Assembly (NCBI GenBank): GCA_965235115.1
Contig: OZ249439.1
Coordinates: forward strand, 33,666,001 to 33,730,000
Reading direction: 5' to 3'
Length of the DNA: 64,000 nucleotides
From: Laetmonice hystrix
Taxonomy: Eukaryota
Numbering within the stretch: position 1 is the stretch's first letter; every line of letters begins with the position of its first letter. This document shows, in pieces, positions 35,738 to 46,700 of this stretch. The notes beneath the pieces were generated by a model. The model searched no databases and had not been told where the DNA came from. It worked only from the letters and a program-made list of their open reading frames with translations. The position numbers were made by a program, and so were the translations under genes.

Positions 35738-36385
35738 ATGTCCATACCACGCTTTCATTTCCTGCTTGCAGGCGACTCACGTTTACGAGGATGGCCTAGG
35801 GAAGTGAAGAGTCTTCAAAAGGAAATGGATTTATTTGACATCGAATTTCACTTCCACTATGTATCGGGCACTCGCTGCAAAAATCTAGTTGATGAAATCT
35901 ACATGTGCTCTGACTACAAGCAGTATGATGTTGTACATTTCTTAGCTGGGATAAACGAGTTCTCAACAAAACTACCGGGACACGATGTGCTACCGCGCTT
36001 CACAAATCCGAACACTGGCTTTGCGCACCTCGCTGAAGCGCGCGCGCGCCTGGATGCCATTGCCAGGTCTGTAGTGATTTGTGAGGTTATAGGCATGTCA
36101 TTTGAATTGTTTAATCACTCATTGGGAGGCTTTGGAAAACTCCAGACGGCGTTGAACAGTACTATCCTAGCAGTGAATGTCTTTGTTAGAGATCAAAACA
36201 CTGAACTTGGTGTTTTCACCCCATCGATGGAGCAACATGTACACAAAATCCGCCACGGAAAACGCAGCCATTTCTACTCTTCAACTCTCCAAGACGGCAT
36301 TCACTACACCAGTGACACCAAACGGAGATTCATCAAGCAAGTCCTCCGCACGGTGTACCAAAACATACATACCACATGCAATTAG
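35738..36385 (+). CDS. Stand-alone SGNH/GDSL-type esterase, 215 aa, intact
   Basis: Block I LLAGDSR, block II VSG, block III FLAGINE, block V LQDGIH: all four catalytic blocks present. ATG start and its own stop. Confidence 0.82.
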   Translation: MSIPRFHFLLAGDSRLRGWPREVKSLQKEMDLFDIEFHFHYVSGTRCKNLVDEIYMCSDYKQYDVVHFLAGINEFSTKLPGHDVLPRFTNPNTGFAHLAEARARLDAIARSVVICEVIGMSFELFNHSLGGFGKLQTALNSTILAVNVFVRDQNTELGVFTPSMEQHVHKIRHGKRSHFYSSTLQDGIHYTSDTKRRFIKQVLRTVYQNIHTTCN

Positions 36386-36890
36386 ATGATATATCACGGT
36401 CACAAGGACTCCTTTCGTGTGTAAATTTTTCTTTATTTTCTCACCAGACGTCGCCACCAACGAGTTGTGTTCCTATGACTCACCAAACTTTATACTACTG
36501 TCTGACACCAATACACTCTGCTTTGTGCCTGATATTTGCCATGAATTCGATACTTGAAGGGACAACCGATGTCAGTGAGTTACAACCTCCCTTTCTATCA
36601 TTTCGATACGTTCTATAATTTCTATAATGCTATATTTGTAATATTGCTCATTGCTATCAACCAACGGATATGTATATATATATTTGCTACAAGTATGGTT
36701 GACGAACGTATATCCGACGAAATTGCTGGGCGAAGAGTCCTCCCTCACCTGCCCCGTATCTGACCCTCTTGCTAGGTGTTAGATAATTACCTGTACTTCG
36801 GCACCCACCCCTGCAGCTTCTGCAATAGGGGAGTGGCACTGTTCCTACTATTGTTAGGCCTATATTCCTGGGTTATTCTCTTTTTCACAC

Positions 36891-39705
36891 ATGCCCCCAC
36901 CAGTATTATCGTCTAAAGGTTGCCGTATGGTGCATTTAAACTGCCAAAGCCTTGTTAACAAACCAAATTTAGTTAAACTTCATGTCACCCAATACTTACC
37001 GGACATATTTGGTTTATCAGAAACTTGGCTTAACACAGATCTACCTAACAGTCTATTTCTTATACCCAAATATGACTTCATCAGAGTTGATCGAGCCTGG
37101 AGTGCACCGGGGAAACCTAATATTAAGCGAGGAGGAGGAGTAGGCTTATACATCAAATCTGACTTACATTACTCCCAATTTGAATATGCTCACCTAAATA
37201 GTAGCACGAGTGACATTGAGATAGAGTGGGTAAGCATCCACCAACCTAACCAGAAAAAAATTGTAATTGGCAACCTTTATAGACCGCGCGACGGCGACAC
37301 CACAATATTTTGTAATTTATTGAGCAATATGGTCAACGAAATATCCTCAAGAAAGAATTCAGAAATTTTTGTATTAGGTGATTTCAACATCAATTATTCT
37401 AAAGCTGGGACACCTGCTAAACAAAACATCCAGGAATTTGAGTCAGTGACTGGTCTTAAACAACTCATTCATGAAACTACTAGATTTTCTGATTCTAACT
37501 CATGTATTGATCTGATTTTCTCGAACTCTGACACCATCTCACAGTCGGGTACTCTTCATATGAACATTAGCGATCACGAAGCCATTTTTGTTACAAGAAA
37601 GAAACTCGAGCATAAAGTCGGTCGCATAAACTCACAAGGGAGAACTTACTCGAAATACGACAGATTGAAATTTGTGGATTCACTGAGGAACATTGATTGG
37701 GAACCGTTTGATAGCATTACTGATCCGAATGAGGCATGGATCTTCTTGAAAGATACTATCACTAACGCCATAAATAAACAGTGTCCAATCAAACAAATTA
37801 AAATAAAAAATAAAAATGACCCATGGATGTCACAGGAACTAATTGAGCTAATAAATGATAAAGATAATGCCAGGCGGGAAAGCAAAAAAATCTAATCTGA
37901 CCGACGATTGGACAAGAGCACGGCGCCTTAAACATCTTGCAAACAGAGCCGTGAATAATGCCAAACGTGATTTTATCTTAGAGAATCTTCAAAATCAAAA
38001 TGATGCTAAAAGTTCTGGGAATGTATCAGTTCTATCCTTCCAAAAGACAATCCTCATACTACAATTAATCTCACGCATCAAGACACTGGACTCCCCATTG
38101 ACCCTGATAAGAGTGCCAGTACTTTAAATGAATTTTTCACGGGCATAGGTCCTAAATTAGCAGTCAAATTCACAGATCCTTGGGACACCGTCCTTCGCCG
38201 CTACTAAGTCAGAAATTTGTAATTGTGATATCAAAGTAGACGAAGTAAATCGTCCGCTTTAAACAACTTGTCTTCAATGATCCTTAAACACGCTTTCCTA
38301 GGTATACGGGATAAAATTACTCATTGTTTCAATTTGTCTTTAAAAACTGGAATTTTCCCTTTGGATTGGAAAATGGCCAAGGTAGTTCCCTTGTTCAAAG
38401 GTGGCGATGCAGCAAATGTCTCTAACTATCACCCCATATCTCTGTTACCCCTCCGAGGTAAACTACTAGAGAAATTGGTTCATACTCACCTTGAGAAATA
38501 TATTGAGGATCATCACATCCTAAGCATCCATCCGGGAGGTTTTAGACAAGGGCATTCAACACTTCAATCAATTGGAGAGCTAACTGATGATATTACCTAC
38601 AACATTAACAACCTGAATAGCACACTAGTAACTTTTATCGATCTCAAAAAAGCTTTTGATACAGTAGACCACGATATCATGCTTAAAAACCTACACAGAT
38701 TGGGTATCAAAGGCTCGACACATAACTGGTTAAGTTCGTATCTCTCCAATAGATCCCAACAAACAGTTGCAAATAACTCAACCTCAACAGCACTTCCCAT
38801 TAATTGCGGAGTGCCACAGGGTTCTATTTTAGGACCATTCCTCTTTCTAATTTATATTAATGACCTAGGTATGACTCTCCACTCAACATCTTCTAAACTT
38901 TATGCTGATGATACAGCTCTATACGTACATGGGGATAACATTCTGGATCTAGGAACTCGACTGCAGCAGGGCCTAGATGACCTTGACCACTGGTGCTCAC
39001 TGAACAAGTTGTCAATAAATGCTTCCAAGACTAAATGCATGTTTTTCCCGGCTAAGCGCCCAAGTTCAACTACTATACTCCCCAAATTAATCCTAAATGA
39101 TCAGACTTTAAACTATGTAAATCAATATAAATACCTAGGTGTCACTCTGGACAATAAATTGACTTTTCAACCTCATCTGCAACAGACAATAAAATTAACA
39201 TCCCATAAAATTTACCTCCTGGCCAAAATTCGACATCTCTTGACGGATGAAGCCGCATTGGCTGTCTACAGATCCAAGATAATTCCCTATTTCGACTATG
39301 GAGACATTCTTTTTCATAATAGCAGTGCTACAAAATTGAAGAAGCTTCAACGACTCCAAAACCGCGCCCTGCGAATTTGCCTGAGATCAGATCCACTCAC
39401 GCCCGTAGATATGCTACATAATAGAGCAAATATGCCATATTTATCAAATAGAAGAATTGCTCACATCAGGACTTTTGCCTTCAAAAGAGCCACGCTTCAA
39501 AAATACCTATGTCCCCCCACTAGGAATACAAGAGCAAATGCTGCAAAGCAATTAAAATTCTGGTTAGCACACAATAATCAAGTAGCCTGCTCAGTAAATA
39601 ACACATGCGCACGTGAATGGAATCTCCTATAAGAAACATTGTAAATTTGTATCATTCAAGCACTTCAAATATAGGCAGAAATTATGGCTGAAATCAACTA
39701 TACCA
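36891..39705 (+). pseudogene. LINE A ORF2: APE endonuclease + reverse transcriptase, frameshifted at about 37890 and 38130-38270
   Basis: HLNCQS, LSETWL, RGGGVGLY, GNLYRP, GDFN, CIDLIF, SDH; NYHPISLL, GFRQGHST, FIDLKKAFDTVDH, GVPQGSILGP, LYADDT, YKYLGVTLD. Confidence 0.93.
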
Positions 39706-39749
39706 ATAACCTAACCTGTGTTTAATACTTGCCTGTCACGCCCCATCAC

Positions 39750-40215
39750 CAGATTGTGTTCCTGTGACCTAAATGACTCAACACTGTCTACGGGTTGTCC
39801 ACATATGACCTCTGTAGTAACTTCCCTTCGCCAACGGACAACGCTACGCTCATTTTTCATCTTCGGGTCATGCTCTTGCAACCCTGATCTCCAGGATGTG
39901 CTCAGATGTCCTATGTTGATCCCTGTATTAGAAATTACTGTTGGCGTCATACTACACTCCACCAAATCTTGATCTTCGGGTTGTGTTCTTACGACCCTCA
40001 TCTCCATGATATGTTCTGATATCATATGAAATCTTATCGCCAGGTTGTGTTCATATGACCTAAACGACTCAACACTGTCTACGGGTTGTCCACATATGAC
40101 CCCTGTAGTAACTTCCCTTCGCCAACGGACAACGCTACGCTGATTTTTCATTTTCGGGTTGTGCTCTTGCGACCCTGATCTCCAGGATGTGTTCAGATGT
40201 CCTAAGTTGATCCCA
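39750..40215. repeat. Imperfect tandem duplication, period 291 bp, directly after LINE A ORF2
   Basis: CTCAACACTGTCTACGGGTTGTCCACATATGACC...GATCTCCAGGATGTG at 39777 and 40068. Confidence 0.85.
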
Positions 40216-40925
40216 TAAATTCATCTGATGGCCTACCCTGTTTGCTGGCCTTCGCTTTTCATACTCTCATTACCAACCACTATGTATCTGAATTTGTTAC
40301 GCCGGGCTGTGGTCATGTGACCTTCATCACCATATTGTGCTCCTGTGAATTATGACCGTGCAATCTATAGTATACAGTAGGGCTATGCTGAATAACACTG
40401 GGACACATGAAAAACCCTTTCGGGGGATGTGACGCCCCAGTATAAATAAACGCCTTAAAAAAAACTATGAGCACCGCCACCGCCGGCCCCGGCACTCCCA
40501 CCCCCCGGCATGCCGCCTCTCATCCCGGGCAGCTATTAACTATGGCCTAGGCTAGACTATAGAGTTAGAACTTGACCCGCCCCCACCTGATGAGATCGAG
40601 TCCCTATGGAAGCTAGACTAGATCATTATTAGCTTAGATAGACCTGATCCTCCGACTTTCTCCCATCTCCCGGCAAACAATAGTTTTTCTAGGCTTTTCT
40701 AGACATGAAAACAGACGGTACCTGAGGCTGAATAGAGGTCTACCACGAGAGATGAGAACAGATGGACGTGGCCAAGCTGGACTTCACGAACTGGGGCAGG
40801 GTCTAGGCTAGACCAAGAATAAGATGATTTCGAGCAGAACGCCAGAACTACACCTGCAGCTGTCCTGTCGCCTGCACACAGCCAACGGTTACTAACGTTA
40901 GTCATCGGTGCCGAACACGTTACAA

Positions 40926-41976
40926 TATGCATTGAAAATTGGAGCCCTTCGTGAAGTTTTACCATATTTATTTCGAATCCAGGACAATTAGACACCGGAC
41001 AATTAGACACCGGCCAGTCAGACACCGGACAATTATACACTGGACAATTAGACACCCTAGAAAGTGGCAAAGTAGGACAACTAGACACCCGCATATAATG
41101 TGACATAATATATAATTGAAGTATACGTGTGAGTATGTATGAGTATGTTAGCCCTAACCCTAACCCTAACCCAAACCTAACCCTAACCAGACAAGTGCTG
41201 GTTTATCTGATTCCTTTACTTTTAGCAATATATTTTATAGAGGGTGTCTAATTGCCCGGGTGTCCAACTGTCAGGTGTCTAATTGTCCAGGTGTCTGACT
41301 GTCCGGTGTCTAACTGGCCAGTGTCTAATTGTCCGGTGTCTAATTGTCCGGATACCATTTATTTCTGTGTTGCAGGGGTGTAATGGTCCTAACTGCAACA
41401 GCTCCACCCCACGTGCAGAAAGTGTTGGTGGAAAATTTGGAATTTGTTGATGTTAAGATTGTGACCACAAATCCAGACAGGCCGAATATATGCTATAGTA
41501 TATTCCCCAGGGGCCCTACCATCTATCAAGAGGACCACATGGACATATTCATACATGAACTAGCAACCCAGTTAATGGACAGACAAAACGAATTCCCCTT
41601 ACAGTTGTATACACTGATTTTAACACAATTATACACTGCATGGAAGAATTTATTCCTACCCATGTCAAGTACAATGATGATGAACAAATACCCGAAAATT
41701 TGCTGTTTAATCAGTATCATGTGGCCTCAACAGAAAGAATGAAGCAATGTATCTAGGCAGAACTTTTCAAAGATTCACCAAAACTTTGCCTGCTCTTCGC
41801 AACAATTGCACTTGGAATGGGATTAGATGCCAGGCACATAAGACGTGTCATCCACTACAAACCCCCTACCAGCATTGACAGATATTATACAAGAGACTGG
41901 CCGTGTTGGACGTGATGGTTTACCTTCTGAAGCCATTTTATATTATAATGCAACTGATATCCGCAAGAACAGACCT
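40926..41976 (+). pseudogene. RecQ-type helicase C-terminal remnant, probably from an Academ transposon; two frameshifts, one stop, one MITE insertion
   Basis: KIGALREVLP, VLTATA, NPDRPNI.Y, LFATIALGMGLD, IRRVIHY.PP, QETGRVGRDG.PSEA.LYY. The Academ origin is inferred from Academ elements being known to carry RecQ domains. Confidence 0.7.
40975..41356. mobile_element. MULE/Foldback-like MITE with 9-bp TSD, 15-bp subrepeats in its arms and a (TAACCC)n centre
   Basis: ATTTATTTC is duplicated at 40966-40974 and 41357-41365. The arms are arrays of GGACAATTAGACACC and its inverse. TAACCC repeats at about 41148-41188. Confidence 0.8.
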
Positions 41977-43767
41977 CGTCTCGTTTGTGCCCGTGGGGAC
42001 TTATCCATAGGCGGCGGAACCGGGGGGGAGGGGGGGGGGGGGGGGGGGGGTTAGTGGCAACCTCGCAATGAAAAGTGTGCATGGTAGGATTTAATAGGCT
42101 TCACCCACGCAGGGGCAGATCCAGATGGGTGGAGGTAATTCTCCCCCTTGAAAATGACTATCCAATCTTTTCCCACCTTACTTTGCTCTTCTTTAAACTT
42201 TCATTGATCCCCCCTCCCCAAATTACCCCATATGTACACACTTTCATGCTTTGAAGCAATTTCCATGAAAATTTTGTGTCCAGATACCGTAACTTACGGC
42301 CTCCCCAAATGAAAAAAGTCGGGGACAATTCCCGAACCCCCTCCACGGGCGGATCCAGGTTTGCGCCAACGGGGGTGTTGCGAGGGGCCAGGGGGCGCCG
42401 CTTTGTGTGAACAAAAAGCAGGAAAAAGGACAAATTATTTCGTAACGGGTTGTTGCAACCCCGGTAGCTCCCCCCCCACCTTAAATCCACCACTGCCCTC
42501 CCCTTCCTCACCGCATGAACGTTTCCATGGAGGAAAACGCTGAGTTGACATTTTATTTTTCATTTTTTTCTGGGGGAGGGACCCCAGGACCCCAGCGCCC
42601 CCCCCCCCCCCGCTCGAGGCTTTGGCCTTCAGCGCTTGCATAGCCCGCATTTCAAATCTTGGAGCTTGTGACCTATGTCATTCGAAGATTTCAACATGGC
42701 CGACTGAGCACACACCTCAGAGTCAGCTCCTCCACATTACCTGTAAATTCTTAGCCTCACGTGCACACTGGATATTATTAACATCTCAACACCGACCTCT
42801 TACCTTGCTAAAACCAGTGGGAACTACAAAAATGCCAAGACCCAAAGAAAAAGCTGGAAAAAAGGGCGAACAGAGTAACGACGGCGACGACTCCTTGCAA
42901 GTGAGTGATATTACACTAACTAATACAACTGGTGCGGACCCCGTTGGCCTCAACGATCTCATGCGGGAAATCCTAAAAACCCAAAAAGGGAATGATCGCC
43001 TACAAAAAAACCTGGCGGACGTTGTCTCATCTATTGCGGCCACAAACGAAAAGTTAGACTCTCACATCAAGTCAGTGGAATCAATTGTCAGTGCCGTGAA
43101 TACCAAATGTGACGCACTTGATGTGCGGATTGAACAGTGCGAAGCAAGCAACTCACAACTCTCGGACCAGCTGAACGACGCACACGCCAAAATCAAGAAA
43201 CTTGAAACGAAATTGAACTCTATTGAAACAAAGTTAGACGCATATGAGAATGATAGGAGAAGAAAAAACATCATAATCGAAGGCTTATCTGAGGGGAACG
43301 AGAATGTCAGGGCTACGGTAACAGATCTGCTCAATGACCTGAACGTTGAGTTGGGGGTCTGTACTATGGAAAGCGTGTACAGGCTTGGCCCTAAGAAACA
43401 AAACACCACCCGCCCAAGACCTATCAATGGTGAAATTCCCATCACAGAATGCAAGACAGGAAATATTCAAACATGTAGCTGAATTAAAAGGCAAGACGAA
43501 ATGGGAGCATGTATATATCACAGACGACCTGACCCCACAGGCAGCGAGTGAGCGCCGTGACCTGCGGGCAATCGCGGCAGCTGCCCGGCGACAAGGCATC
43601 CATGCTAAAATTAAAGGCGGCGCTATAATTATTGATGCCAGGAAATTTTCCTACAAGGACATTAACGATCTTCCCCATGGCCTGTCGTTAGAGTCTGCAA
43701 AGATGGTTGAAGTCAAGGACGGGCTCGCATTCCAGGGGCACCACGCATTTCCCTCCAATATACATGT

Positions 43768-46700
43768 GGGCCAGTTTTTCTAGAAATGTACAATTCGCCC
43801 TCAGCGGCCAAGAGAATATGGAATTTTTAAAACTTTTCCCAACCTATATCATTTGCATTGATTATGATAAAGGAACATTCTATCTTTCTGAAAAAGTTAA
43901 TTATACTCAGGAATTCCCATCCAGTCAGTTTTTAGAGCCCTCAAAAAAGATGTACTTCGTTTTCGTGGAACGTGAGTAAGATTTTGGACATTGCTTCAGA
44001 TATTTGCAATTTCCTTCTCTTGTATTTAAATGAACAAAGTTATATTTGGCCCATTAAATTTTAACAACATTCCCCTGATATGTGCCAAATATGAACAATA
44101 TGGGGCAAATATGAACTTATGAAACAGTTTGCCAAAATATAGGTCTGAAATTGCCAAAATTCCTGGATCATGTCCATCAGATATTCACAATATTCTATAT
44201 TCTCTAGTTCTTTTTAGGTGCCAAATATGCATGTTAAAACTGTTTTATTAACTTTTCACACATCTTATTATTATAAAACAAGCATTATATTTCATTTCTA
44301 TCCGATTTCCATGTTGCAGTAAGCTAATAAATTGACACCTATTATTATTACTCACGTTCCCAAAAAGGTTACTCACGTTCCGCCAAGTCCATACTTTTAT
44401 CAAAAGCAGACTAAATAAGATCGAAAACGCCCAAAAAGTTTTATTTAGACTGTAAACATATCAAATTTATTTTATCTGTGAAAACTTCATCAGAGGCACA
44501 TAAATTTCAAAAATGTTCCAACAAAGAAAAAACTTCACCGATGAAAATTACTTTGCAATTTCTCACATGAATTTTCTCCCTTGAAAAACTCTGAATAATA
44601 AAATATTTTTACACCAATTGCATGCTCAAACCCTCCTGTACATGATTCAATCAGTTAAAATTCGTTGATTTTGCATTACATGGCTGTGAAGCCCTTGGAA
44701 TAAGAACATTTGATATATTACTCACGTTCCCTAAAAAAGTTTCTCACGTTCCTCAAGGACATCAATTTTCCCAAAGGCACTTATGAAGGTCAAATATGAT
44801 CCAATACTCTCGAAAATTTATATTTAAACCATAAAAATGTTACATTCCTTGATTTTATCATGGAAAACTTCATCATAGCCCATAAATTCCCAATATGTTA
44901 CCTTGAAGAAGAGACTTTGCTGATTAAAATTATTTTGCAATTTCTCGCATGAATTTTCTCCCTTGAAAAACTTGGAATAACAAAATAGTTTTACAACAAT
45001 TGCATTCTCAAACCCTCATGTACATGATTCAATCAGTTCAAATTCGTTGACTTTGCCTTGCCCTGAACTCCCCCCCCCCCCTTCAAATTCGTTGACTTTG
45101 CCTTGCCCTGAACTACCCCCCCCCCCCCCCCCCGACTTCCGCCTTCTTCTTTAGCCTCTAGTCCAGCTGGGACTCTGTATTCATCCTCCTCCTCATGACT
45201 GCGAAACTTGTGACCTATGAAAATACTTAAACATGTTATAAAGGCTCAAACAAACAAAATGGAATATATACATGTTTAAAATAAGTCAATGTCTTGGTGG
45301 ACCCAGGATTGTTCCTATTTTTAATGTAAGATTAACAAGCTTGTGAAGCTTATAGCCCCCACCACGAACTATGGATTCTTGAAAAAACGATGCACGACTT
45401 CAATTGATCTTTGAAGGGCAAAGGAAATATTGTCAAATGAAACTTTGTAAACTTAGTAAAGTTCTATGCAGTTATATGTACAGCTTGATGGCGTTATCCG
45501 GCGTAAAGATGCATGTGTCTGCATTAACTATGCAGTTATGTACAGTTTGATAGTGTTATCCGACATGAAGTGTTGTAGACATGCTTGACCTCGATTGACC
45601 TTTAGAGGTCAGTTATGTACAGTTTGATAGCGTTGTCTGGCGTGAACCAACTGAGTAGGGACAAATTATCTGTGGGTCCAGGAACTATGCATACTTTTGG
45701 CACGCTTGTTGCCCCTCATGCCTTCTGTCAGCAAGAATGAAATCCAGAAAATGTTATTGCTTCGAATTTCTTTAAATCCAAGATGGCCACCAAGCAGCCA
45801 TTTTTAATGATATATTTGACCTGTGTCCTCCTTAGACTGTCCCTGGTTATTATGTAATGTTTCATGCAAGATTAGATGTTGTTATTTTCAACTGGTTTGG
45901 AGGTACAGGCCATTAAAATATGCATGACCTTGATTGACCTTTCAAGGTCGCTCAAGGTCATGGAAAATGACGCCAAATGAAACTTCATATATGACTTCCT
46001 ATCTATCAATAATAATAACTGTTGCCTTATCTTGCACCGTTTTCGAGATATGAGTCAAAGCAGTGTTATGGGGGGGGAGTAAAATATTAATATGGCCGCC
46101 ATGTCGCCATATTTCCTCTGATCTAGAAATACATTGGCATATACATTGCCCCTCATATACACCTTCTTTCCACCAAATTTGAAAGAAATCGGGATCGTTT
46201 TGTCTGAGTTATTGTTCCAAATGTGTTTACATCCAAGATGGCCACCACGCGGCCATTTTGACTGATGTCTAAAATATATTTGACCTGCCTCATCCGTGGA
46301 CTGTCCCGGATCATTATGTAATGTTTCATGCAAGATTATGTCGTTATCTTTAACTGTTTTGAAGATCCAGGCTATTGCAAATATGCATGACCTTGATTGA
46401 CCTTTCAAGGTCGCTCAAGGTCATCGAAAACGGCGCCAAATGAAACGTCATAATTATATGACTTCCTATCTGTCAATAATAATAACTATTGCCTTATCTT
46501 GCACCGTTTTGGAGATATGAGCCAAAGCAGTGTTATAGGGGGGAGGTAAAAATATTAATATGGCCGCCATGTCGCCATTTTTGCTCTGATCTGGCAATAC
46601 ATTGGCATATACATTGCCCCTCATATACACCTTCTTTCCACCAAATTTGAAAGAAATCGGGATCGTTTTGTGCGAGTTATTACTCCAAATGTGTTTACAT

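Larger units (their letters stand above)
33868..39705 (+). mobile_element. LINE copy A (CR1/L2 group) with ORF1-NADAR, a separate SGNH esterase ORF and APE-RT ORF2
   Basis: Three consecutive plus-strand ORFs (see below). UTR limits and TSD not determined. Confidence 0.85.

Noticed and set aside
41140-41190. Chromosome end or true telomere
   Set aside because: Fewer than ten repeats, and enclosed inside a TIR element with a TSD.
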